Of a DNA stretch of 64,000 nt, positions 37,295 through 51,153 are shown piece after piece. The number at the start of each line of letters is the position of its first letter. The stretch's first letter is position 1. The DNA comes from Paragordius varius (taxonomy: Eukaryota; Animalia; Nematomorpha), in contig OZ176055.1 in assembly GCA_964247055.1 (NCBI GenBank), positions 9,796,001-9,860,000 on the forward strand, written 5' to 3'. The position numbers and the translations under genes were made by a program. The notes below the pieces were generated by a model. That model made no database searches. It was not told the origin of the DNA and saw nothing but the letters and a program-made list of their open reading frames with translations.

Positions 37295-37592
37295 CAGTGG
37301 TGATCACCAAAATAATATCCCGCGTCCCTTCATAGTGCGGGCAACTATTATTAATACCGACTCTAGCAATATATAAATATGGTAAATTATATTGTATAAA
37401 TGGTGAAATGCTTGTTTTTTTATTCTTATTGCCACTAAATTCATACATAATATTGTGTGTTAGCCGCAATATGTACCGTTAATGTTTACATATTATTATT
37501 GAAATATTTTTTGAAACATCTGTGGCCAGAAAAAATCAGATTCTAAAATGCAAATGATCAGGTGCAGCAGGGCTGCGGTAGGAATACCACTG
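37295..37592. mobile_element. hAT MITE with both CAGTGGT TIRs
   Basis: CAGTGGTGATCACC ... GGAATACCACTG. Confidence 0.65.
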
Positions 37593-38124
37593 AGTTAGGC
37601 TATAGAATGTATATTTTTCAATCAAGCCCAATATTACGGCTGTTTGAAATATTTAATGTTAAGATTCGTTTGGGTCGGCACCAAATAATGTAATATTACT
37701 TTTTTTTGTTCAATACTGTAACATTAGAATTTAAGTAAAAACATTAAATTGTGAGGTTTTTTTCTAGTATAAAAGTTATATATCTGCATATTATACAGTA
37801 AATTGATTGACGATATCTACTTCGTTTTCCGATATAAAATTATCAAGACACCTCTAGATCCATCAATCCTAACCTTTTTTATCCTTTTTATTATAGCGGG
37901 AAACTTGGTTATTTTTTTACAATCACTTTTATGTATTAGATATTTAGCCAGGAATAATTACCATTTCTGGCATATAAGATATTGTGTATACATAAAAATT
38001 TCTAGAAAAACGGATATCAACTTGTTGATTTTTATTTAATACAGTTTTATGAATTAAATTTATTAAAAGTATTAAATATGCCGCACATCTTATTTATTGC
38101 ATAGCATTTAATGGGAAAATTAAT

Positions 38125-41100
38125 TTAAAGAAGTGGTCGAATGAAATCCAAATATTTTCTGACATCAATGTAAAAAGAAATTCTCAATTCCCGGTCGGAT
38201 TCAATGGCTAGCTGAGAAGCTACACCGAACACTTTATTATTGCAAACGAGAGGTCCTCCACTATCACCCTATAAATATTATATATATATATATATATATA
38301 ATATATATACAACGTTTTTAAGGGTATCCCTTCCCAAAATCTCATAAACTAATCATGGACAAAAAGTTAGTACGATTTGAAAACTTACCTTTTCGGAACC
38401 GCCCCAATTATCATTAGCTCTACCACAAACTTTGTTGTCTAAATTCAATTTTTTTTTCTGAATTCTTTGCTTTACCATTTCTATGTTAATGCAAGCGGCT
38501 TGATCCAAATGATTTAATTGAACAGTTTTGAGTTGCGCTACAAAAAGTTATTAGAAAAAAATAATATAATTTAATCTACGTTAAAATTTATTATTTTGAC
38601 AACATTTGCCAAAAGAAATTTTTGAGAATGCATGAAAATGAAGCATACTAAAGATTTTAGGCATCAGGTTTAAGCAAACTAGATTTTAAAATCGTTCGCA
38701 TCAGTTGTTAATCTATAAAAAATTTACGAAATGCAGGTCCCCATCCATATGCATTACATTTGCCAGAAACTGTTTCTTGTTTGGTGGGCAATGGCATATA
38801 TGATAATCCCGATAAGGGATCGTCTAATTTCAAAATTGCGATATCATTTCTTTCCAGGTCAGCCTTATATGATCCATGTAGGTGAATTCTTCCAACTGGA
38901 ACAGTACGTTCAGTTTGCGAAATATCATAAACACCCGCTTTTATAGTTATTTCAGAGGTTCTTTTAACACTATATAAAGTGGTTTTTATTTAAAGAAAGT
39001 ATAGCAGCTTATGGCTAATAAAATGCTCTTAAAATCGGGGTGCATTTTCGAAAAAGCGCACACCACATCAAATGAAATATATTTTTGGTCAAAACTAAAT
39101 GCCTTATTCCAAAAATATTATTAATACAAAGGTATACTATATCCAAAGAGCAAAACAATTTTTCTGTAATTTCAGTTTTTAAATGTGGGTCGCAATAAAA
39201 TTTTCGGCCCCTTCCACAATGGGCTAGCTAGTTTTTTAACGCATAAATTACAAGATTTTGCGATAAGAATTTATAGTAAAGCCAGATTATGACATAAAAA
39301 AATATTTTTTAAAATATGCATACGTTTAACACTTGGATACAACACATTCATTTTAGTTCTTCGATTCAAATTGGGGTAGTTAAATACCCCAGAAAATTAA
39401 ATTCTTTAAATAATATGGAAGGAATCGAAACCATGACAAAATTTTCCACTTATATGACATTAATAAACCGAAATATAAAAAAACCTTTTTTAAAATTGAT
39501 GTTAGTTTTTTTAAGCTAAAACCGAAAGATGAAAATTTAGTTAGATCAAAAATAATACAAAATAACCCGCTTTTTCTATTTCTATCAATGTTAGATAAAA
39601 TTTAAATAAAAAATTAGCTTAAATTTTACCCTTAAAATTAAATGAGGACGATATTTCCAAAAATTTTGTAAAATAAAAATGGCGTCGACGTAGTTTGACA
39701 TGGAATTTTTCTAAAACAAAATTTTATTTAGATATTTTGGCATATTTATTTATTTTTTATTAGGATAGAAGCATAAATTTAAATTGGGACCGTTTCCTTG
39801 GGTAGTTTTTAAAAATCCTAATTTAAATTTAGTCTGGGGTATTTAGATACCCCAATTTGAATCGAAGTGTTAATACATTGTTATTTGTTATGAACCGTAT
39901 TATTTGGATAGGAGCATAAACGACATTTTATATAAAAAACTTTCCTATATAAAATATGACACTAAACAATCTATCATCTCAAAATTTTTAAAACATTTGT
40001 TGATTAAATATATTTTTTGTATAAAAAAATCCATTTTATCTTTAATTACATTTTAAAGTCGATATCGAAATTAAATCAACATTCTGAAATGATAGAAATG
40101 TTAAGCATATGGTGTGTTCAGAATAATTTAAAACTGTTTCTGATCCGTTTTCATATGGTCCGGAATCCCATATCGGTCATCCAAATTTTGCTAAAAATCA
40201 ATTTTTCAATTTTTTTAATAATGTCATAATCTACATATTAAATATTCTTATAAAAAATCCAGCTGTTTTGCCGTTTTAACGCTTGGATACAAGACATTTA
40301 CTTCAGTCCGTCTATTCAAATTGGGGTAGTTGGATACCCCCGGCCTTTTTAAAGTTAAATAATATAAAAAATATAGAAGGAATCAAAACTATGGCAAAAT
40401 TTTGCACCTATATAACATTGATAAACCGAAATATATAAAAAATTAATACAAAAATACTTGATATTTCTTTTTTTAATGTAAAACTGAAAGGTAAAAATTT
40501 AATGAATGTAACATATGTGCATTGGCTAAATTGAATGTTATACAAAATAAACCACTCTTTCTATTTCTATAAATGTTAGATGTAATTTAAATAAGAAATT
40601 AGCTTTAATTTAACGTTAGAATTATATAAACACGATATTTTGCAAATTTTTTGTAAAAAAATGGCGTTCCAAGTAGTTTGACACGGAACTTTTTTTTTCA
40701 AAACGAAATTTTATTTAGATATTTTGGTTTTTTTATATAATTTTTATTAGGATAGAAGCATAAATTAAATTGGGACTGTTTTTTTCCGTAGTTTTTTTAG
40801 AATATTTTAAATTTAGTCTGGGGTAATTAGATAACCCAATTTGAATCGAAGTTTTAAATAAAACTAGCCTATTACAGAGGAAGCTAATAATTTGAGACTT
40901 TTAGAGCTCAAAATATTTAAATATAATAAAACATTGTTTTGCTTTTTAAATATTCTATGTGACGTATGTTTGGAATGAAATCTTTAACTTTCACAAAAAA
41001 ATTTTTTATTTAGCATTATGTGCCCGAATTTCGCGATCTTTTGATATAAGACCCAACACCAGAAGCAACATAAAAATCCTGATACATTTTTATATCAAAA

Positions 41101-42960
41101 AATCTATATTTCATAAATATATTTTTTTGTGGACTGTGTTGTTTATTTAAAATTTATGTAGGGAGGTATAATATTATCTAAACAAACTTACAATCGCTTT
41201 ACGCAATGCGCTGCCGTTAGGATGGTGGTGGGATTAAGAAGAGTGCCAACACATCGGTCACCAGGCAAATTCACATGTACCTTTAAGATTTTGCCCCCAT
41301 AAATAAAATTAAAATTATGGTAGAACAAAAAAAGAGCCATATAAAAAATATTTTACGACGTAAGTGGTCGGAGTGGTTACAAAAGTGCCGCCTGCTATCA
41401 TCAAAGCTAATATGTAAAAAATCGATAATATAAAAATACAGTCAAACTCAAACCCTTTTTAATCCAGAACTTAATTGTTTAGAAGATTTAATTTTATGCA
41501 ATAAATATATTATTGATAAGGTGTAAAACATTTAAAAGAGCGGTATTTTAAAAGATAAAAACTGGTATTTTTTAACAATCCATCACATTTTATTATATTT
41601 TTTGCTTATAAAAAAAAATGAAATTATACAGACATAACGTAAAATTTAATTTTAACAACAAACATATTTTAAACCTGGATTTATTAAATATCATTTGTGT
41701 TGAGATATATAACGAATAAAGATATAAATTAGTATTGTCCACAAATAAAATATTATTGTAATATGATACCTGAAAATATTTTAAAATGTCTGAATAACTT
41801 TATTTTGGTATAATAAGGTAATTAAACTGGCTTATTATTAACGCTATGTATCACAACCCCCTTTTTTTTATTCTGATTTCACATATTGTCAAAAAATATG
41901 ATTAGCTTTATAAAAGAACTTAATAATATTTTACTTTTAATTTGCGATTCGAAATGTTATTTTCGCTTTTACTTTATTACTTTTATTTTCAGATTAATGT
42001 GTACCATTTGCACTTCAAAAGTGTTTTTGAACACTTTAAGTTGGTCCTTGAATACTTTTATCGATCAAATTGTGTATCATTTATTAATTCTTATAATCTA
42101 ATGACATTGACTTGAAATCAATATCAACTTTTAATTATTCAGAAAATCTATCTTTCTTGTTTTTTTAAAAACTATTCTAGGCTTTCTGGGTTTTTATTAC
42201 AAATTTATAAAAACATTTATTAATTGTTGATTCGAAAAATTAGTTTGAAACAAAAAAATGGTGATTTTTGATTAAAAGTTATTATTAGAATAATTTTCCA
42301 ACTGTTATATATATAATAAATTAGGTTAAAAAATAATAAAAAAATACATCTAAAAATTGTGGTTAAATCTAAATTAGGACCAACTTGAAGTGTTCAAGGA
42401 CCAATATGTCAAGGACCAACTTGATGTGTATAAAAACCAATTAGTTAAGGACCAACTTGAAGTGTTCAAGGATCAAGAAGTAAGGCCCACTTGAAATTTT
42501 CAAAACTTGAAGTGTTTAAAAATCAACTAGAATTCAAGTTGAAGTGTTCAAGGACCAACTTGTAGTGTTCAAGGATCAAATTGAAGTGTTCAAGGACCAA
42601 CTTGAAGCGTTCAAGTACACTCTTGAGTGCAAATGGTATATTTCAAAAAAATTTTGTAATTATTTATTGGTCGTAACACAAAAACGATGGTCAGCTGTAA
42701 CGCATCATACATGCATATCGCTAATATGTCGTTTAAAAACCTTATTTTTGGATTTATTAGGCTAAAAACATTATGTATTTTATATTGATAAATATTGTAA
42801 TAGAATCCATACCCCTGGCTTTTTTCATGGTCGTAGAATTGAATCCATAGTTACCTTCGTTTTGACTATAACGATAAAGTGTTCCATTAAACGGGGAAGC
42901 ACAATAGCAATTTCTTAAATTAATGATTACAAAAATTACAAGTAACGATTTGAGTAACAT
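38125..42960 (-). CDS. S1A serine protease copy B2, intact, 273 aa, 6 exons
   Basis: Exons 42960-42813, 41406-41357, 41280-41192, 38969-38728, 38537-38389, 38268-38125; GT-AG, frame continuous; IAGG, TAAHC, NDIAILKL, GDSGGP. Confidence 0.9.
39330..39869 (-). mobile_element. piggyBac-like MITE (family 1) in B2 intron 3
   Basis: TTAA duplicated; empty site in B3 at about 56079-56082. Confidence 0.88.
40280..40853 (-). mobile_element. piggyBac-like MITE (family 1), second insertion in B2 intron 3
   Basis: TTAA duplicated; empty sites at about 15813 (B1) and 56469 (B3). Confidence 0.88.
42376..42615. repeat. 21-bp minisatellite (AAGGACCAACTTGAAGTGTTC) in B2 intron 1
   Basis: About 11 degenerate units; absent from B1 and B3 intron 1. 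Confidence 0.85.
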
Positions 42961-43469
42961 TTATCAAATTAAAAAAATAAAGATAATTAAAATTATTCGC
43001 CCTTTTATCAATTACCAATAAAGAAAAAAGAAGGTCATCAAATATTTAATTAGATAGTTAATGTTAAAATGAAATGACTGTTTTGTGTGACCTTAAAATA
43101 GAGTTTAATATAGAAATGAACGTTAAAATTAACAATATTGAGACTTTCTAATTTAAAGCTATAGCATTCATGATAAGGGAAATGAAAATACTTGGTCAAT
43201 ATTGATTTTAATAAATTTTATAGGTTGCGACCGATCTTGCAACATGAACGCGATGTGATGTTGTATAATACCAGAAATAATATTTATCATTATCCATTCA
43301 TTGATTTAATATTTTTTTGTTAAATATAGAATAATTCGAAGTTTATATATGTAATTTTGTTAGCTGTCATATATAGAGTTGGGACAAAAAAGGTAAAAAG
43401 CATTTTAACACTGATACCAGAAATAACTTTAAATAACCCTTTATTCTGTGCTTAAAAATAAGGTTTTTA

Positions 43470-44790
43470 CACATTTAAAAGGCAGATTTTATTTATTAAA
43501 AGATAGTTCATCGGCATTATATTTCGCCTATCTCTCAGATATGAAAACAAAATATGATTGTGTTTTGTGGCAAAGTCTTTGTCGAGCCATTTTCTAACGT
43601 CCTCGATATTGTTCGGATGTTGCTCTGTCAGCGTGTGCCACATTTATGTAATAGTCAGATGGCGCCAGGCCAGTATAACACAGCGGGTGCGGAAGAATTT
43701 CTCATAACGAAGGTGTTTTTATCTGGTTTTACTCTGTGATACGGAGCTTCATGTATCAAATCACTTTGCCATATTTTCTGACCCAATCCGGTCGTTTTTG
43801 GATAATACATGGTTGGATTAATTATTTGTTGTTACAAAGGAAAATATGATAATCACTACATCATGCATTTTTTAAATTTATATATAGTTTTCGATTACAT
43901 CAGTTCAAAATTTCACCAAGGCAGTTAAAAGCAGTCTTGAAAGAAATCATCATTTTTACCCAGCGTATATATGTTTTTACCGGTTGTTTGGTAAAACAGC
44001 ACGTTATTTTAAAAGGAAATCATTTATTTATTATTATATTCAAAATATTGTCCATCGGCTTCTTCTACGCAATTCGCTCATCTTTCGGGTATTAGAACGT
44101 GCTAGAAAGATTTATTGTCTTTTGCAGCAAATCTGTCGAGCCATTTTTCAACTTCGAAATTTTTGAACAAATGGCGCCAGATCAGGCGATTTCAGGTGAT
44201 GCGAAAGTTCATAAAGCGATTTCAAGGTATTTTTTACAGTTTATGCTGTGTGATACGGAGCATTGTTATGTAGAAAAATAATTTTGCCATGTCTTCGGTC
44301 ATTTCGTTCGTTTTCCAATATTTTGTAAATTAATCATTTGATGGCAGGAGCATTGAGTATTAACGGTTTTACTCGGCTTCAAAAGTCATAATGCACAATA
44401 GAACTGGTTCCACCAGTCGCAAAGCATAATCTTCTTGCCAAAGTGATTTGGTGTTGATGTTGATAAAAACCGGCTTGAAAGGCAAGGTAAGAGGTACGAT
44501 TTTTTCCGCTTTGTATTTGCAAAGCACTTTTCATCACCCGTCAGATTTTAATGCCTGATTTCGTTTCATGACGGGTTATCAGCAAGTCACTTTGCAATTT
44601 TTTTATTCGATGATCATTCAAATACAACCAATTTACCGAGTTTACTGGTCATCCTCATTGCTTGTAGATCTCTACTGATCTTTTTTTGGGAAATAAATGT
44701 TTATGCCGATTGTCGTTGAGTTTGAGTTGAGTCATCCCAAAACCCCTTACAGCGTATTGTATTTATAGCTGCGTGGTTTACTAAAGCTAC
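43470..44790 (-). mobile_element. Mariner relics upstream of B2: a 3-prime half (43470-43830) plus a longer copy (about 43960-44790)
   Basis: Both match 17760-19130 and 35100-35830; 5-prime end deleted and fused to the C2 exon 4 relic. Confidence 0.75.
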
Positions 44791-44879
44791 TTTTAAATTG
44801 AAATAACATTGTTTAAATTTTCAAATCAAGTTAACATGTTTTAATTGATGGAACATGTGCACTGAGCTAACATTAAAAT

Positions 44880-46880
44880 TGAGATAAATTTCTTTGAATG
44901 TTAGGATTATAAATTGGATGATGGTAAATTTTTTTAACTGGTAAAGTTTTTCCTTGTTGAGAACTATCACGAACACCCGCTTTTAAAGTTATCCTAGGGA
45001 CCTTTCCAAAATACAACGCAAATTAGCACGTGATTTAAACTTTCTAGGGCATATTATATTTTTGAGAAAACTTACGACGTATAAACCCAATACGCAGTAG
45101 TTCGGATTAGGGAGGGATTTAGTAGAGTATTCACGATAAGTTAAATGCACCTTTTCGATTATGTCCATAAATAAAATTAAAATTATTGTCGAACAAAATA
45201 AAGCAAAAATTATCAAAAGAAAACTATCGCACAAAAGCGCACAACTAAAAATTTTATATGATGATTATCACAAAAGAGTTTTAAAAAATTTAAAATTAAA
45301 AACAGTTTCCTGCCCAATTATGGGCATTGCTACTATAAATAAAAAATTTCTCCGATTTCATCAACTGCACAATTTTAATTAAGCAAAGTTATATAAATTT
45401 TGATGATGGTGTTATATTTTAATATTTTTTGCATGAATTTCTGAAAAAAATGAAAACTGGTCTTTTATATCAATTAGACAAATTTTTTTAACCATTATTG
45501 TTAAATGAGTCGATGTATGTTAGTAGTATTATAAAAAAACTATAGACTCGATTAATCAAGGAATTCGAAATAAAATTGGTTAGTGTTAAACATCTTAATT
45601 TAAATACAGTCAAGTCTATTATTGTGAGCAGAGTTTTCTGAATCACCTCTTATTACCTCTTTTTGTTCGTTAACCATTATTACTTTTTTTATACAATTCC
45701 ATTTTTCAACAAAAAAAATTTATAATTAAAAATTTATATATATGTTAGCAAAATTTATATAAATCTCTCAAACATATTTTAAAATAGTCTTTTTCGCTGA
45801 TTATATTCAATGGTAGGGGGAAAATTTTTGGCGGATTTTCGTCCCACAAAAATAATTTTTGTATTTTATGTCGAGCAATAATAGCTAACAAAACATCTCA
45901 ATTTAAATATATACTATTTCTGTGAATATTTTTTTGCGCGGTATCCTGCACCAGACAAGGGTTGACTGTTTATAAAAAATTGGTATAATCGCGTATATTT
46001 AGTTAAAAAAAGGCGAATCTAAAAAAATTTAATCAATACTTGTTTAACATTTTTTATATTATTATTAAACTAACCAATTGATTCATTGATTTTGATTATT
46101 TTTTGAGTTCAATCTATATATTGGCAAACACAGACGATTTTTAAATAATTTATGATGGTTAGAACAAACCTAATCATATAAAATTACTAAATATTGTTAT
46201 ATTTTAATCCATCCCATTTCAGAAGATAAAAGAAATAACTTGTGTATTTTATATTAGTTTATTTTTTATAATGGCTAATTTCAACAAAATTGTATAAAGA
46301 AGCGTTAAAAATTAACAAATTGTAAGTTTCAATAACGTGCCGCTTTAATTGAAAATTTCAATATTTAAAAATTTCAAAATGAATTAATGATAAAAGATTA
46401 TGTCGGCGCGTGGCCAAAGATCTTCCGACGCTACACCCTTTATTTTTTACATGTATATAACAAATTGACATTCATTTAGTATTTGTTTAAACTTCTACTT
46501 ATATTAGTTCAGGCCTATCTTTTCACATTTTATTGTGGTAATTTTAAAATTAAACCCACGCAAATATTCATAGGGTTTAAACCTGTGGAAAACAAATACC
46601 AGTTCTGGCGTATTTGACAACACATGTATCGCAATTAAAATGTCGTTCAAAATCCTATTTATTTTGGATTTGAGGTAATTATAAAATGGGTCCTTAAAAT
46701 TAATTTGGATATATTATTCAATTATATCGATAATTATGCTGGAACTTATCATACCCCTGGCTTTTTTCAGAGTCGTTAAATTGGATACGTTATATCTTAC
46801 ACATGTTTTAAACCGAAATGCACAATGGTAATATATTTACATTTAATAAAAAATATCACAACAAAATTTAAAGGAACATT
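44880..46880 (-). pseudogene. Degenerate protease copy C2
   Basis: Partial exon 4 (44880-45010); exon 3 relic (45075-45155, His lost); exon 1 (46753-46879) with a stop at codon 4; exons 2, 5 and 6 absent. Confidence 0.75.
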
Positions 46881-47321
46881 TTTTGACTCATTTGAGAAAT
46901 GAATATAGTGAATACTAAATTATTCGCGCTTTTGATAGTTTAATGTGATAAATATCTACATTTTATATGACCTTGACATTGGGCCATTTAGATTCCATTT
47001 AGAAAGATATTATGCGATACCGTTAAAATTTCTTTGCAATATTGACATTTAGCAAAACGATGCTATAGTAAAAACCCTTTTCTTAATCACATTTATTATT
47101 ATATAATGAAATGAACTTATACATAATAATCGGTCAATATTGATTTTAGCAACATTTTGTTAGGAAGATAATAGCTTTTAGCCGAAATCATATAAGATTG
47201 CATGAAAATGCAAAAAAAATAATATTTATTGCGCAAAAAACTAATAATCTTAATTAATTTTCATAAAAAATAAATTTTATTTCCAAATTAATAAATGTAT
47301 TTAAACAAAGTTCTATAATAA

Positions 47322-47875
47322 TGTCCGTTGGTCATAAGTTATTACCGGTTTAAAGAGAATACCTGAGCGAAAAGTATGCAGACGATAATTTGACAAAGAC
47401 TCATTCTGTTCATTTGACATAAAACTATAAACACCCATAATTTTAGTCTCCTAAAAGGTAGAGTTTTATTTTTATCATTCCAAACTTATGTCAAATTTTG
47501 TGCCTTCTTTTCATCAAGATAAGGGCTATCAAAAGTCATTATATGCGTGTGTAACTTGGTGAATATGCTAAAACGATTAATAGATGTGAAACATTATTTA
47601 AATAAAGTTATGATTTTAATGTGAAAGAGAGTGGACGCTTGGACCATAGAACTGCGAAGGCGATAAAGTACAAGAATCATTGAATGATGACCCAAATCAA
47701 ACTTACGGCAATTGGCAGAAGGATTCATGAATCATAAAAAACAATCATCGCCTGGAGCAATGGAAAAGACCAATAATCTCCCTTAATAAGGCCAAATCCA
47801 TGCTGTGTCTGGTGGACCAGATCAAAGCATTCATCGAAAAACGGCCAGAACGAAGTGATTTTGCTACATGACAAT
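47322..47875 (+). mobile_element. Internally deleted mariner on the + strand at the unit 2/3 junction
   Basis: End TGTCCGTTGGTCATAAGTTATTACCGGTTT; remnants resembling LNDDPNQT..QLAE, KRPE and ILLHDN; end fragments also at about 22621, 26105, 29736 and 61878. Confidence 0.7.
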
Positions 47876-48425
47876 ATTTAATTTTGGACAGATTTTAACA
47901 AAGATTCAAAAACAATGTATGCAAGTTGTACAGTAAATTGACGAAATCACTTCATCTTCTGGTGTGAATTACCCGGACACCGCTAAATCCAGCAATCCTA
48001 ACTTTTTAAAGTTTATTCCAAAACTCGATAATTTTTTTGTCCTTTTTGCGATGGAGTGAAATATAGAAATCGCTGAAATCATTAAATTCGGCCTGCTTTT
48101 ATATTTGTAATTAATAAAAAAATGTATACAAATATTTTTTAATTCAAGCTTGTAAATATGTATATTTTATCTAGCATTTTATACATCATATATTAAATGC
48201 ACACCGCGCATTATTTTATATCATAAATGAGATATTTGGCATATTTTTATGAATTACGTAAAAAAAATATCTGTGAAATCGCTAATGATTCGATAATTTA
48301 TAATATATAATACTGCGTCCAAAATCGGGGGATATAAAAAATCTGATAGAAATATTTATTCTGATAGGAAAATGTTTTAGGACTATCACGGTGCTTTTGG
48401 TTTTGGCTCTTACGAGTGATTTAAG

Positions 48426-48690
48426 AATGTTAGAAAAACTATTATGCAGACGTAAATATAAAGACAAATATTTTTTTCTAAAAGACAACCATATTTGAAT
48501 CTGATTTTTATAAATATAACTTATTGTTTTAACCTGCAAAATGTAAATTGGTAGCACAATCAATTATGTAGTTTACGATTGTAATTAAATATTTTATATG
48601 GCAAAAATTAAGGTTTTAAAAAGTATGGTTGTCTTTTAAAAAAATATATCTTTATATTTTTACATTCTGTCCGTATAATTTCAGTTTTTA
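48426..48690. mobile_element. Family 2 Tc1/mariner-type MITE inserted in the family 4 element
   Basis: Matches 8640-8880; absent at the paralogous sites 6350-6380 and 30300-30340. Confidence 0.6.
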
Positions 48691-49478
48691 CAGTAATACA
48701 TATCGAAATGGCAAAATCTGCAAACATTTTTTGAATAAAATTATTTTGGTGAAAGCTAAATGCTTCCTTCCAAAAAATATCACTAATATATATCATAAAC
48801 TACGCATAAAAAGCAAAAATATTTTGATAAAATTTCAATTTTGGGTGTTTATAAAGTCTCTGAAATTTTCGAACGCGTCTGAAATGGGCAAGTTTTTTAA
48901 CCAAGCTCAAAAACTCCTATTATATTGCTCAATAAAAATTAATATGTTCTAGAATTTGAAAAAATATTTTTCCGAAAAATGGATTAACAAAATTTTAGTG
49001 AAAGTAAGGTAATTTGGGTCATGGTCGAAACGTTATAAAAACACTTTAAGATATTAAAAAACAGTTTTTCTATTTAATTTGATGATACACATTTCTATCA
49101 CCTCAAATTTTCAATTAAGTTTGCTGGATTTCAAATTTAAAATCATTTTTTTGTTAACTTATATATAACTTAATTTTATCGACAAACAAAGAATTGTTCC
49201 GCATTATCGAATATAGGATCAATGTTTTAAATCTCAAATTTTTTAATATCGTTTATATCTTGCTTAAATGAATATTGAAAATACCTTCACCAAATTTCTA
49301 TTAATTTAATTTTAAAGCAGAATTTTTATCGCACAATATCGGCATTTTTGCGTATAATTTCAGAGAACTTGCTCATTTTAAACGGGCTCAGGTTTTAGAA
49401 TTTTGAAGCCCATCTAAATATAAATAATATGTGTTTTGCTTTTTATATGTATTTTATAATTTATTTTTGTGTTGGGAA

Positions 49479-50150
49479 TAGGGTTGTGCATTTGACTGCT
49501 TTTTCAAAAAAGTCCGGTCAGACCCAGTCAGACCATGGTCATGACCATTGTCACCACTTTTTACTTAAGTAAATATCATGCGATATTAGATTGTGAAAAT
49601 AATGTTCGGACGACACTTGCGTTTCACTAATAATGTCATGTTTTCTTAAAAGTTTATATTATACAATTTTTTGATATTAATTATTTACAAATATTTTCAA
49701 TCAAATCCAATTTTTTTTTCACATGTTTTTGGCCTGTAAATCTTCAAATACATAACTTTTAATACTGGATATTTTAAATAAAATTTACCTAGTTTGTTTT
49801 ACACTTTCTTTCATCATTGTAATATCCAATTACAAAATGTTTTTCATTTTATTGGTGTACATATATGGAATAACTGCATATTTTGTAAAGTGCTTGATTG
49901 TTTTGTTTTTCAAAATAACTGATTCTTAAATGCTAATGTTATAACGATGCATACTTAACAATTTTATCTTGTTAAATAATCATATCTAAATAATTAATTT
50001 ATATTTTTTTGAAATATATTACAAAACAATAAAATCTTACTATTTCTCTTCCAAAAAATTTTACCAACAATTTTAAACAGCTGTTTTTTAAATGAGCGTA
50101 GTCAAAAAATAAATAGTCACTGACCTGGTCATGACTTGGTCAGCACAACC
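49479..50150. mobile_element. hAT-like non-autonomous element (inverted homolog of 991-2219) at the A3 deletion junction
   Basis: TAGGGTTGTGC left TIR; right TIR truncated (GCACAACC) and joined directly to intron-1 sequence equivalent to 34012. Confidence 0.75.
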
Positions 50151-50352
50151 GGTTCGATTTTTTTCTAACCAGGACGGTTACGATTTCAATTTTTTCGACC
50201 CGGTTCGAAGCTTTATAATTAATGAGAATTTATCACTTAAAACGATAAATCTTACGCACATATCGCTATTATTTCGTTTAAAAATTACATTGGATCTAAG
50301 TTAATATTCAGTTTAGTTAATAAAATTGATTAATAAAATAATAGCTTCATAC

Positions 50353-50497
50353 CCCTGGCTTTTTTCATGGTCGTTGTATTGAGCGCCTTTTCACTTCCGT
50401 TTCCGTTATAACGAAGAGGTCCATTTAACCGTGAATCACAATCGTAATTTTTTAAATTTATGATTAATAATGTTAAAAGTAAAGATTTAGAAAACAT
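50353..50497 (-). pseudogene. Orphan exon 1 (signal and pro-peptide) of protease copy A3; exons 2-6 deleted
   Basis: Open 48 codons MFSKSLLLTLL...TTTMKKAR with an intact GT donor, almost identical to A2 exon 1; no downstream protease exons. Confidence 0.85.
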
Positions 50498-51153
50498 TCT
50501 GACACAAATTTTTAGAAATTAAAAAATAAAACGTTTTCCAATTACTTCCCCTTATATCAATTACAAATAAAGAAAGATGAAGGTTATCAAATATTTAATT
50601 AGTAGATAAGGTAAACATGAAACGACTGTATGTGTGACCTTAAATTAGCATTTTTATATTTCATTTACAAAGATGCTAATATATGGTAAATTAACAATAT
50701 TGACACTTTCAAATCTGCAGCTATAAAAAATTCCTTAAATTAGATAACATTCAAATAAAAATGAAATAAATAAATACTTGGTCAATAATGATTTTGGTAA
50801 AATAAAATTTAATAGGTTTTAATTAAACGTGCTAAACCGATTTGATAAGAAATTGAATGAAAATACAAAATATCATAATTGCTTATTATTATTTCTTCAT
50901 TGGCCTAATTATTTCATATATAATATATAAAAATTTATATTTGTAATTATTTATACAGAAATTAATTAATTTGCAAATAGGGTTAATGTTAGTTTTAAAC
51001 TATAACAAATCGAAATATCAGCGTTGTCTAATTAGATTTACTGGGCGTTAATTAAGCGTAAAAAGCTGATACCGAATCGAAAATAATGCATAATAAATGG
51101 TTGAATTAGGGATTCATTACCTTGTACTCTAATATAAAACCATTATTTATATA

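Larger units (their letters stand above)
29790..47875. repeat. Segmental duplication unit 2 (A2-mariner-B2-mariner-C2)
   Basis: Colinear with units 1 and 3. Confidence 0.85.

Noticed and set aside
42544-42765. Heptad-like ORF (FKDQLEV repeats) suggesting a coiled-coil protein
   Set aside because: Translation of a 21-bp intronic minisatellite; no gene structure
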